Assembly (NCBI GenBank): GCA_951406725.2
Contig: OX597833.1
Span: 50,344,001-50,408,000 of the forward strand
Origin: Octopus vulgaris
Taxonomy: Eukaryota
Direction: 5' to 3'
Length of the DNA stretch: 64,000 nucleotides
A program made the position numbers and the translations under genes. Positions 13,195 to 25,529 of the stretch are shown here, piece by piece; the stretch's first letter is position 1, and each line of letters begins with the position of its first letter. The notes below the pieces were generated by a model. It did not search any database. It was not told where the DNA came from and worked only from the letters and a program-made list of their open reading frames with translations.

Positions 13195-13502
13195 GGAGGC
13201 ACATGACCTAGTGGTTACAGCAGCGGACTTGCGGTCGAGGAATAGCGGGTTCGAATCTCAGACCGGGCGATGTGTGTGTGTGTGTTTATGAGCGAAAAAC
13301 CTAAGCTCCTCGCGGCACCGGCAGAATGTAATGGCGAACTTCTACTTACTCTTTCGCCACAGCTTTCTCTCAATCTTTCCTCCTGCATCTAGCATCTCAC
13401 CCGCGACGGACAGGTGCCTCGTCCAGGAGGGAAACCTTTACATGAATGAAACGGGGAAACCGGCCCTTATGAGCCAGGCATGGCTCGGATAGGACCAAAC
13501 AA
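13195..13502 (+). mobile_element. Mosaic SINE (E head/body + C-type tail)
   Basis: A box TGACCTAGTGG, B box GGTTCGAATCTC; tail GGGAAACCGGCCCTTATGAGCC. Confidence 0.8.
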
Positions 13503-14186
13503 AAGCAAAACTACAACAACTAAAAGTGTATCATGGATACTGAATTTATAAACTAATTATCAATAATTCAAAAACGTTTTGCTTTGTTATGTACGCATGG
13601 ATGTATATGTGTATTTAAAAAAATTGATCTTGTCCTTGGTAGGATTCTAGCTCGGAGCTCAGAATGTTGGTACAAATATCACGAAACATTTTATATTAAC
13701 ACTCAAACGTCTCATTTAACTTACCGCTTTAATCAAATATGCAAATAAATTAGAAGCAAAACTTATACACCATCTTAATGTCATTACTCTTAGCTCATTT
13801 AGTTATATTAAAACAGCTGTAACTACTTTCGACAACACTTGTACGATTCTCAGTTCTAGTCTGTTTGTCAAAGTATAACATGACAGCAACCTTGGACTTG
13901 TGCAATAGGGAAGTTAGGTTGCAGGTTTCCCTTAATTAAGGGTTATATCAAGTTACATTACAGTTACTTCGTTGACATTTAGACATGAAACCTAGTGTCA
14001 CACGTTGAATTTTAGAACTTTCAAACCAAATTTTATCTCCTATCGAATGAATTAACGCGTCCTTTGAAAGAGTCGCCGAGTAATATATTGTTAGTTACAT
14101 TGTATGTATATAAAAGCATTAATTGGATTTTTGAAAAGGAGATTCATTGGAATAATATCTGATTACCTTTCTGCAATAGACATACC

Positions 14187-14390
14187 AGGCAGCGAGATGG
14201 CAAAATCGTCAATACGTCGGATAGAATGCATAACGGTTCTTTCATCCGGTTCTTTTGGTTCTATGTTCAAATTTCGCTGAGGTCAACTTTGCTTATAAGA
14301 GCACTTCAGGACCGATTGAATAAAGTACAATCAAGCAGTGAGGTCGATGTAATCGACTTGTTCCCCCTCCCCTCAAAATTGTTAGCCTTT
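14187..14390 (+). mobile_element. Old diverged SINE-B
   Basis: GGCAGCGAGATGGCAAAATCGTC...GTTCAAATTTCGCTGAGGTCAACTTTGC...GGTCGATGTAATCGACT. Confidence 0.7.
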
Positions 14391-14526
14391 AACTCTGCAA
14401 CGGACCGACATCCTGGTTATTGGGGAAATATAAACTCGTTCACTTAAACTCCATGCAAACCTAGTAACTGGCCAAACTGTTTTTTTTTTCTTTACTGTAG
14501 GCCCTGTATATGTGTATATATATATA

Positions 14527-14921
14527 TGGTGTGGCCGTGTGGTAAGAATTTTGCTTCTCAAACACATGCTACCTAGTTCAATCCCATTGCATGGCACCTT
14601 GGGGAGGTGTCTTTTCTTATAGCCTCGGACCGGCCAAAGCCTTGGGAACAGAATTGATCCGTATATAGATAGAAGCACTATATATATATGCATGAATTAT
14701 GTATCTGTGTGTGTCTTTGTGTCTGTGTTTGTCCCCACCATCACCATTTGACAAACAGTGTGTTTACGTCCCCGTAACTGAGCAGTTCGACAAAAGTGAA
14801 CGATAGAATAAGTACAAGGCTTAAAAAAAAGAAGTCCTGGTGTTGATATGGGTGACTAAAATCCTTCAAGGTGATGCTCCAGCATGGCCGCTGTCAAATG
14901 AGTGAAACACATAAAAGAATA
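14527..14921 (+). mobile_element. SINE-A, diverged
   Basis: Head, CORE-like segment and tail recognisable. Confidence 0.85.
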
Positions 14922-16026
14922 CATACATACATGCCTGTGTGTGTCAGTGTGTGTGTATGATTGTGTGTGTATGTGTGTGTGTGTGTGTCAGTGTGTGTGT
15001 GTGCGTGCGCATGTGTGTGTGTGTGTGTGCATGTGTATGTGTGTGCATGTGTTGAATAAAAAATTTGCAACAAAATAATCACATTGAACATGGTTCAAAG
15101 AAGGCAGTCGTTTTGATCCCTTGCCGTATTTGTTCAATTTTTTCCGCTCTCTGAATTGAAACTTCGCAGCCGAATTCCTTTTTCGTGCTTTCGATATCGA
15201 TAAATAACGTAACAATCAATTACCGAGGGTTTTCTCTGTCTGACTGCTCTGCATGTTTCTTTCTCTCTTTCTCTGTTTCTCTCTTTTTCCTAGTCGGTTC
15301 CACTAAAAATGGCTAAGGAAGAAGCATTCACATCCTGTCCAAATCAATCCTTTCACCACCATTACAACCACCATCACCACAACGTACAGCATGTATCTAA
15401 CCACCCTATATTTTAGCTAACGCGAGAAAATTGGATATACGTTTTATTAATGTCGCTTTCTCGCATAAATACATACGTATGCATACAAATATGCATGTAA
15501 ATGCGCCTATGCATATATGTGTGTGTATGTGTATGTGTGCATCTCTCGTAGTCGTGCTGTTAAACTCTCACACCCATCGCTAATGAGTTTCAAAGAATTC
15601 GGTAGATTTTCTTTGAAGTAGACGAATCTAATTAAGACAAATTTAGATATTTATTAACCTTTGATGGTTTCATATTCTATTTGCTTCTGTAAACATCTTT
15701 TGAAATAGACCTCACCCTCTCTATCACAGCTTTTCTCCTCCTCACTCTATGGACTGCGGCTGTTTAAAACCACCACCTCCACTACCACCACCACCGCCGC
15801 CGCCGCCACTTCTACAGCTACTAACGTCTTCTCTCCATTATTACATATTCTATTTCAGTGTTATTTTTTACAGCTTTAGTATTGCATCAAACACAACTAC
15901 GCATTTTCTGTCTATGATAAAAACTTAATTTTCCTAAGGCCTTTTAATTGATATAAAACAAAATTTCAGCAACTTGGGACATTTGAACACTAACAAGCCT
16001 GCCATGCACACTATACACTTTACATA

Positions 16027-16189
16027 GGCGTAGGAGTGGCTGTGTGGTAAGTGGCTTGCTCACCAACCACATGGTTCCGGGCTCAGTCCCACTGCGTTGA
16101 GCCTTGGGCAAGTGTCTTTTACTATAGCCTCGAGCCGACCAAAGCCTTGTGAGTGGATCTGGTAGACGGAAACTAAAAGAAGCCCGTCG

Positions 16190-16264
<75 letters not shown>

Positions 16265-16492
16265 GTGTGTGTATATGTTTGTGTGTCTGTGTTTGTCCCC
16301 CCACCAACATCGCTTGATAACCGATGCTGGTGTGTTTACGTCCCTGTAACTTAACGGTTCGGCAAAAGAGACCGATAGAATAAGTACTAGGCTTACAAAG
16401 AATAAGTCCTAGGGTCGATTTGCTCGACTAAAGGTGGTGCTCCAGCATTGCCACAGTCAAATGACTGAAACAAGTAAAAGAGTAAAAGAGTA
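16027..16492 (+). mobile_element. SINE-A, full length, internal (TATC)n
   Basis: Complete head to (GTAAAAGA)n tail. Confidence 0.93.
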
Positions 16493-16846
16493 TAGTGCAT
16501 TTCAGATTTTTTAAATTATAGCAACAGTGTTGCTTACTTGCTTAAAGTGTGATGACAGCGTCGATCCAGCCCATCTATTTTCCTCCGCATCCTACGCATT
16601 GTTTCTCGCGGCAGACAAGGCCGATACGAGATAGGTAGATCCTGTGACACCGAAGGTGCTGAAAGCGAACCCGAACAACAGCCGCAGTGAGTTGATGACG
16701 ACGTCTACTCCTCTCTTCACGGAGTCTCCCGCGTTAGGTTTCTAAACACTCTACTCCAGCATCACACGGGGGTCTCCATGCCTTCCGATTAACAGCCAAG
16801 GTCGCCAACCGATCGGGTGGGACATAGTTTATATGTGTCTTTATGT

Positions 16847-17085
16847 ATCTATTTCTTTACTACCCACAAGGGGCTAAACACAGAGGGGACAAACAAGGAC
16901 AGACAAACAGATTAAGTCGATTATATCGACTCCAGTGCGTAACTGGTACTCATTTAATCGACCCCGAAAGGATGAAAGGTAAAGTCGACCTCGGCGGAAT
17001 TCGAACTCAGGACGTAACGGCAGACGAAATACCGCTAAACATTTTCGCCCGGCGTGCTAACGTTTCTGCCAGCTCACCGCCCTTA
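16847..17085 (-). mobile_element. SINE-B, full length
   Basis: Reverse complement of the B consensus including head GGCGGTGAGCTGGCAGAAACGTTAGCAC. Confidence 0.92.
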
Positions 17086-17143
17086 TTATTATTTTTTTTG
17101 TGTATTTATGTATCTGCTTACATAACTTGCTTATGGATGATTA

Positions 17144-17665
17144 CCGTAAATCCTCGAGTATAATCCGCATTTCCCCCCAAAATTTAAAGGTCAAAATCCC
17201 TAGTGCGTACTATATACTAGGTTAAAGATGAAAAATATTTTCTAAGCAATATCCGAGTCTCTATTTGCTGTCCGGCGATGTTTATTCAGGCGCATTTTGT
17301 GATGTCGGGCCCGAAGATACCTTAAGCTACGCCTGAAAGCAATGAAGTCATAAAAGAATCATCCATAACTTGCAGTAAGCAACATTTATTAAAATAAAGG
17401 TATTCAGATCACAGAATAACATGTCGCAAAAACAATTTGCAAACATATTTACATTCCCATATAACAGTTAAGAACATCACCATTATTGTATTACCCATGC
17501 GTGGAAGTGTTTGTTCGACTAGGTGCTGCTGGCTTAATTACGCACGACTCAAGTTAGAGAAGAGGTACGTATTATACACAAGGTTTAGGTTTTTTCAGAA
17601 GTACAACCCCTTAAAAATCCCCTGCGTATTATACTCAAGGGCGGACTTTATTCGAGGATTTAGGG
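17144..17665. mobile_element. Non-autonomous pogo/Tc1-mariner-type MITE
   Basis: TA-CCGTAAATCCTCGAGTATAATCCGC vs terminal GCGGACTTTATTCGAGGATTTAGGG; subterminal (T)GCGTATTATAC-like repeats. Confidence 0.75.
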
Positions 17666-17677
17666 CACTTTATATAT

Positions 17678-17832
17678 CTGGCACTCCGTCGATTTCTCTC
17701 ACTCTTTCCTCCTGCATCTTGCAGGTCACCTGCGAGGGACCGGCGTCCCGTCCAGGTGGGGAAACTATACGCCAAGGAAACCGTGAAAACCGGCCCTTAT
17801 GAGCCGGGCATGGCTCGAGAAGGAACAAACAA
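17678..17832 (+). mobile_element. 3' part of E/C mosaic SINE
   Basis: Matches ~13365-13502. Confidence 0.75.
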
Positions 17833-17844
17833 TATTATATATAC

Positions 17845-17949
<105 letters not shown>

Positions 17950-18117
17950 CGTGTGTGTGTGTGTGTTTGTGTGAGTGTGTGTGGTGGGAGAGAGAAACAG
18001 GGGGGAATGAGATATATGCATTTGTATTTATATATGTGTGTGTGTATATATATACATACGTACATATACACACACATATATTTCTCCTCTCTCTCCATAT
18101 TTATATAGACATGTATA

Positions 18118-18166
<49 letters not shown>

Positions 18167-18559
18167 ATATATATATGTATATGTATATAAGCATATATAT
18201 GTATTTCCATGTGCATATTGATATGTTAATACATGCACACATGTAAACATAGAAACATATGCATATTCACACGCGTTTGCACATACACACACATGTATGT
18301 AGGTATGTATGTATGCATTCATGTAGTAATCTTTAATTCAGACTCGTTTCTTTTTTTTTTTTTTACTCACCATTTTTTATTCTCTTCTCATTCCTTTCTG
18401 TAGCAGAGCTTAGGTTCGAAACATTGAATTCTTCTTCCATTTTTTTCTGATCGTTAAACAAATACACTCTTTTGTTCTTTTACCTGTCTGCATCGTTTTG
18501 TATAATTTTTGTATAATTTTTGTATATTTTGTGTATATATATTCTTTTATTCACAGATA

Positions 18560-18812
18560 TGTTTCAGTCATTTGACTGCCTCCATTTTGGAGCACGACCT
18601 TAAGTCGAACAAATCGACACCAAGGACTTATTCTTTGTAAGCCTAGTACTTATTCCATCGGTCTCTTTATTCGACTAGCTAAGTTACGGAGACGTAAACA
18701 CACCAGCATCGGTTGTCAAGCGATGGTGGAGGGGACAAAGACATACACACAAAGATATATATGTATCTATCTATCTGTCTATATATCTATCTACACACAC
18801 ACACACAGACAT

Positions 18813-18846
<34 letters not shown>

Positions 18847-19015
18847 GTGTGTATATAGGACGGGCTTCTTTCAGTTTTGTGTACCAAATCCAGTCACAAG
18901 GCTTTGGTCGGTCAGAGGCTATAGTAGAAGACATTTGCCCAAGGTGCTACGCAGTGGAACTGAACCCGGAACCATATTGTTGGTAAGCAAGCTACACACA
19001 GCCAACCTGCGCCTA
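18560..19015 (-). mobile_element. SINE-A
   Basis: Reverse complement of consensus. Confidence 0.88.
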
Positions 19016-19082
19016 CATACATACATACTTACATATATATATATATATGCATATACATACATTCATATATATATATAGATAG

Positions 19083-19129
<47 letters not shown>

Positions 19130-19720
19130 CTGAGAGAGAGAGGGAGTTGGAGAATATCATGTTTTGTATCAACAGACAAATGAGTAGAAACGGAAAGAAA
19201 ATGTATGTATGTCTTGTGTATCTTTGTGTTGTGAGAATGTGTTCCTATGCGGTATGTCGTATAAAAATTATAAATCAAAAGAGATAGAGAGTGATATAAT
19301 GAGAGTGAGTAAGAGACAGTAAGTGATAAAGAGAGAAAGAGGGGGGAGAAAGAAAATGCCTGACAATGATCGTGCAAAACTATTAGAGACGAAAAACGAA
19401 AAGGAAGATACAGAAGATAAAAAGTTTTTCCTGGGAAAAACATTCTACAGAAATGTAGCTGTATAATCATATGTTTCTATGTATTGGTATATATATATGT
19501 ATGAATACACACACATTCACACATAGTATGCATAAGCACGCATATATAAAAATTATATATGTATATATATATATTTATATTTATGTGTGTGTGTGTGTGT
19601 GTGTGTATGAATGATATAATTTACTATAATACATATGCCTGCATATAGACAAACATATAAATATATATATATATATATAATTTAATATATATGCGTGCTT
19701 TTACATACTATGTGCGAATG

Positions 19721-19763
<43 letters not shown>

Positions 19764-20875
19764 GATAGATAGATAGATAGGTCGATAGATTTATATATAT
19801 ATATCATATTTATAATATGAATATATCTATTTATCTATATATAGATAGAGAGATAGTTAGATAGATAGATTTATATGTATATATATAATATATATATATG
19901 TATATATATATTATATAAATATAATATGTATATACTTGCATTTATATATATAAACATATATGTATATATGTAATAATATAAGTATGTATATATATATATA
20001 TATATATATATACATGTGCACACACACGCGCGCACACACACACAGATATATATATATATATATTTACATACATACTTTAGCACACCGGTATATACACACA
20101 CGCATATATCTAAAAAGGAGAGTGTATGTAGGAAAAGAATAGAAAGCAAAGTGGAAAAGAAAGATATCCGAATAGATAAAATAATATAAAAAGTAACACA
20201 AAAAAAAAACGATGGGAAATGCTTAATTCTTTCATGTTATTTTCCCAAATGTATTTTTTTTACCCCCTTCTATCTTTCGTGCATACACACAACCCACATC
20301 CGACCGTACACCACTTATAAATCAAACACTGTGATCTTTAATTTGCCATAAACGTACATATATGATGGGCAGAGTGTATATGAAAAATATATTTACAGGT
20401 TTTCTACTGCACTCTTGGCACACCCAATAAACAATATGATTTTTCAAAGGAAAATGCTCTTCAAAGGTTCCGAATTTTCGTTGGTAGTTTAATTAACGAT
20501 AATATTTTGACGAGTAAAATAACAATGTTATTTTGTCCGATTGAAGACATAAAAAGATATAAATTGAATATATTTACACTATTAATTTAGTATTCCCCAA
20601 AAACATTCGCTTTTCTTGTGGTATGATTACCCAAGTAGAGTAAACATTTCCACCGATTGTTTTTGCGTTAAGTGGGAGAGGCAGACAAAATGGCCAAGCA
20701 GATATGTTTTCTCCTTTAATTCTCTTAGTGGTTTCAAATCGTGGACGGTGGCCAAAATTGTAGGTACTGTTCCCATCAGTCTCACCATTTTACATACATA
20801 CGTACATACATACATACATACATACATACATACATACATACATACATACATACATACATACGTAAAATAAACGTC

Positions 20876-21173
20876 ACCCTTTTCAAGCCTAGCCACGCTC
20901 ATGGGCCCGGTTCCTCGGTTTCTATGGTGTATGTGTTCCCCCCAGCTGGACGGGACGACAGTCTATCGCAGCGTTACTCAAGAAACACGAAGAAAGAGTG
21001 AGAGAAAATTGAGGCGAAAGAATACAACAGGGGTCGCCACAAACCACTGTCGGAGCCTCGTGGAGCTTTAGGTGGTTTCGCTCAATAAACACACACAATG
21101 CCCGGTCTGGTAATCGAAACCGCGATTCCGACCGCGAGTCCACTGCCCTAACCACTGGACCATCGCACCTCCA
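20876..21173 (-). mobile_element. Mosaic SINE (E head + C tail) in (TACA)n
   Basis: Head matches ~38700-38873; tail matches ~62955-63061. Confidence 0.85.
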
Positions 21174-21699
21174 CACATACATACATACATACATACATAC
21201 ATACATACATACATACATACATACATTTAGAAATGAATCTCAATGAACTGAGGTACTTTCAGATCAGTAATGCTAACGTCCTTGACATTGTCCCTTCAAT
21301 TAATCTGAAAACAATGCGTTCCAGCACTAAACCGTTTACTAGGCATGAGCAATCTTTCTCGAGAAAAATTAACCTCGTTTCATCATCAGGCATGCGAAAC
21401 TATCAAAGAAAATTCAAAGCAATTTTTGATTAGGTGTACCATTCAGAAAATATCTCTTCACGAGACACAGTTTGCCTATAGCTAGCATATACTAACCAAA
21501 CTCTTTGGCTTTTCTTTCTTTCCAGGAATACAGGGTATGCCGTAAAGAATTCCCGATTGATTTCTGGTCGTAACATTTTCTAAAGGGCATAAAAACAAAC
21601 GAGTTCTTAAGGATTTAATTAAATATGATATAACGTATTAAGAAATGCTTCATTCAATACGCCCGCCTTTAGCCTTGACAATCGCCCGAAGACTGCTGA

Positions 21700-22630
21700 G
21701 AACAGAACCACATGAACGCCAGACGACTTCTTCACTTAAACGATCTCATAATGCGACTAAGGCTTTCTGCTGAGCGGCGATGTTTGAGCCCACCAGACCA
21801 CACCAGACAAGATAGCAATGAGAACATGCACTCGAACGGGGTTTCCTGTTTTTCCGTACACTTCAGGTCATTCGTTGTTCTGTGGCCTAACACGAACAGA
21901 CACTCTCGTTCGTTCAGAGCAGAATATTTAAGAAGTGGCGATCTATATATCTGTTTCTTTATTGCCCAAAAGAGGCTAAACATAGAGGTGACAAACAAGG
22001 ACAGACAAACAGATTAAGTCGATTACATCGACCCCAGTGCGTAACTGGTACTTAATTTATCGACCCCGAAAGGATGAAAGGCAAAGTCGACCTCGGCGGA
22101 ATTTGAACTCAGAACGCAACGACAGACGCAATACCTATTTCTTTATTACCCACAAGGCTAAACACAGAGGGGACAAACAAGGACAGACAAACGGATTAAG
22201 TCGATTACATCGACTCCAGTGCGTAACTGGTACTTAATTTATCGACCCCGAAAGGATGAAAGGCAAAGTCGACCTCGGCGGAACTTGAACTCAGAACGCA
22301 ACGACAGACGCAATACCGCTAAGTATTTCGCCCGGTGTGCTAACGTTTCTGCCAGCTCGCCGCCTTTATATCGAGTAAAGCAACGATCGCCTAAGGTGGT
22401 ACATGATTCAAGTATTTGATGCTGCGAGATAGGTATCTTACGAGATAGCTATCTTACAGAACCGGTTGCAAAATGAAAGCAACTCGTGCCACCGATAAAC
22501 CGACGACATTTCTTATCAACAACATCAAAGCAAAGATAATTGAAGTGACAGGTGAATCAGTCTCAGCGGCACAGTTGTGACGACGAATTAGTCGAACAGT
22601 CATAAGCAATAATGCTATTATTATTGCTTT
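21700..22630 (+). pseudogene. Decayed CRE-like non-LTR retrotransposon C-terminus (restriction-like endonuclease), split by a SINE-B dimer
   Basis: Frameshifted peptides HLNDLIMRLRLSA...PPDHTRQD, VFPYTSGHSLFCGLT and YLTEPVA/MKATRATDKPTTFLINNIKAKIIEVTGESVSAAQL*RRISRTVISNNA follow the CRE RLE pattern in the expected order. Confidence 0.6.
21951..22366 (-). mobile_element. SINE-B dimer
   Basis: Two ~182-bp units, one full head. Confidence 0.92.
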
Positions 22631-22726
22631 CTCGTATATCAATGGACTGTCTAAATGGTGATGGCTCCACCCACTTTTGTATATATGGAAACAGTATTTC
22701 TTTGTGTATGTATGTACGTATATACA

Positions 22727-22817
<91 letters not shown>

Positions 22818-22848
22818 TTATCTATCTATCGATCTATCTATCTATATC

Positions 22849-23250
22849 TTTACTCTTTTACTTGTTTCAGTCATTTGACTGCGGCCATGTTGGAGCACCA
22901 CCTTTAGTTGAGCAGATCGACCCCAGGACTTATACTTTGTAAGCCTAGTACTTGTTCTAAGGACTCTTTTGCCGAATCGCTAAGTTTCGGGGACGTAAAC
23001 ACACCAGCACCGGTTGTCAAACGATGCAGGGGGAACAAACACAGACACACAAACACACACACACATATATACACATATACATATTTATACGACGGGCTTC
23101 TTCCAGTTTCCGTCTACCAAATCCGGTCACAAGGCTTTGGTGGGCCCAAGGCTATAGTAGAAGACACTTGCTGAAGGTTCCACGCAGTGGGACTGAACCC
23201 GGAACTATGTGGTTGGTAAGCAAGCTACTTACCATACAGCCACACCTGCA

Positions 23251-23291
<41 letters not shown>

Positions 23292-23731
23292 TTTTATACC
23301 TTTACTTGTTTCAGTCATTTGACTGTGGCCATACTGGAGCACCACCTTTAGTCGAACAAATCGACCCCAGGACTTATTATTTGGAAGTCTAGTACTTATG
23401 CTATCGATTTCTTTTGCGGAGCCCCTAAGCTACGGGGACGTAAACACACCAACATCAGTTGTCAAGCTATGGTCGTGGGAACAAAGACAGACACACAAAT
23501 ACATACACGCACACACACACTCACACGCACACACACGCACACACACACACAGACACAGACACACACATGACGGGCTTTTTTCAGTATCCGTCTACTAAAT
23601 CCACTCACAAAGCTTTGGTCGGCCTGTGGCTGCAGTAGAAGACATTTTGCCCAAGGTGCTACGCAGTGGGACTGAACCCAGGACCATGTGGTTGGGAAGC
23701 AAGCTTCTTACCCCTCAGCCACGCCTGCACC
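22849..23731 (-). mobile_element. Two consecutive SINE-A copies (22849-23253, 23290-23731)
   Basis: Each runs head to tail on the minus strand. Confidence 0.9.
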
Positions 23732-23854
23732 ATATACATATCTTTTTAATTTGTTCATAGGAAACATTTTGAATATGCTCATACAGCTCCTATTCTATTA
23801 TGCCGGCCTCGAACCAGTTTTGGGGGTTGTATCGAACTGTACCGAATAACATAG

Positions 23855-23975
23855 AATAAATATAATAACAACAATCCTTAGATGGAATTTATAAGCAATT
23901 TAATGCATCGGTACGCCCAGCAATGCATTAAATGTTTATAAACTCCATCCAAATATTATTGTTATTATATTTATT
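23855..23975. repeat. ~52-bp-arm imperfect inverted repeat
   Basis: AATAAATATAATAACAACAATCC...TTTAATGCAT / ATGCATTAAA...TTGTTATTATATTTATT, 14-nt loop. Confidence 0.85.
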
Positions 23976-24069
23976 AATAATAGTATTTTATAAGCTTAAA
24001 GCTTATGGCGATCCCTGTGCAATGACTAAAGGAAATAGTCTATTAATGGGGCATATAAGCCCTCGACTG

Positions 24070-24163
24070 AAAAAATAGAGTGGGTTTTCCCATACGCGTG
24101 AGACTTGAACCCAATCCTCTTGGTTTACGTGACAGAGTAGGATACCGATTACACTAGCGACCC
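24070..24163 (-). pseudogene. tRNA-like Pol III unit (A box, B box, T6 terminator); not a valid cloverleaf
   Basis: Minus strand GGGTCGC-TAGTGTAATCGG...GGGTTCAAGTCTC...TTTTTT; acceptor stem unpaired. Confidence 0.55.
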
Positions 24164-24572
24164 TACCAACTTGCTTCTGTCAGATTTAAGAACTATAATT
24201 AGTTTCCGGTGCATCAAAGACGTCGGTCTGTGATTGGCTGAAATTCTCCTCAAATTTCTATCGTAAAATGTTCGTAATTTAAATTTAAATTTTAATTTTA
24301 ACGTCTGCATTGATATGGTTATGATTTTCATAATTAGCCTGCGAAGAAATTTTCCGAAAGATCGGATCTGGTGTTCGAAACCCAGAAGATATGTTTTACA
24401 TCTCCTCCACCCTCACGCTCACCCCATTCGCAAAAACAGATATGTGTATGTATTTGTGCATATCTGTCTTTCCCGTAGCTGAGCGGTTCGGTATAAGAGA
24501 TTGATAGAATCAGTACCCAGTTAAAATGAACTTTGTGTGCGGATATATGCAAGAATATAGATGTGTATGTTT

Positions 24573-24807
24573 ATTCTTTTATTCTTTGATTTGTTTCAGT
24601 CATTTGACTGCGGCCATGTTGAAGCACCGCCTTTAGTCGAGCAAATCGACCCCAAGACTTATTCTTTGTAAGCTTAGTACTTATTCTATCGGTCTTTTTT
24701 GTCGAACCGCTAAGTTACGGGGACGTAACCGCTCCACCATCGGTTGTCAAGCGATGTTGGGGGCACAAACACAGGCACACAAACATATACACACATACAT
24801 ACATACA

Positions 24808-24874
<67 letters not shown>

Positions 24875-25015
24875 GATAGGCTTCCTTCAGTTCCCGTCTA
24901 CCAAATTCACTCACAAGGCTTTGGTCGGTCCGAGGCTATAGTAGAAGACACTTGCCCAACTTGCCACGCAGTAGGAATGAACCCGGAACCATGAATTGGT
25001 AAGCAACCTACTTAC

Positions 25016-25020
<5 letters not shown>
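24573..25020 (-). mobile_element. SINE-A
   Basis: Reverse complement of consensus. Confidence 0.9.
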
Positions 25021-25052
<32 letters not shown>

Positions 25053-25475
25053 TTATACACATATACAAACACATACACACATATACGTACATACACCTAC
25101 ACATACGCATAAAATGCTTGCGGGTACACTTCCTGTTTAAAATTGCTGTAACAAGCAATTCCTATCGCATTATTGGGCGTTCAAGAGAGTTCATGTTTAG
25201 GGCGAGAAACAATCATTATAACGACTGCTTAATAAGAGTTGCTCGGATGTAATAAACCTGTCATCTATTTGGTTCAAAGTTAATACAGGGAGCACTAAGG
25301 AAGCATACGTTTATAACCCATAAACATCTCGTATACTTGGAGAATACAGACTCTGTTTCATGGATTAGTCACCTAATTAGCGATAATGAATCTGATGTCT
25401 CGTGTTTTAAGTTCAAATCTCTTCCAGGAGAATGCCATATCTTTTTACATGTTTATGTTCATTCACACAAACACA

Positions 25476-25529
<54 letters not shown>

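Noticed and set aside
21370-21400. CTGATGA-T-GAAAC on the minus strand as a hammerhead (also isolated CTGANGA at ~7320, 47724, 55031, 57355)
   Set aside because: No stem II or no correctly placed GAAA and stem I; expected by chance
24091-24163. Functional tRNA gene
   Set aside because: Acceptor stem does not pair and the anticodon loop is oversized; SINE heads elsewhere also fail the cloverleaf
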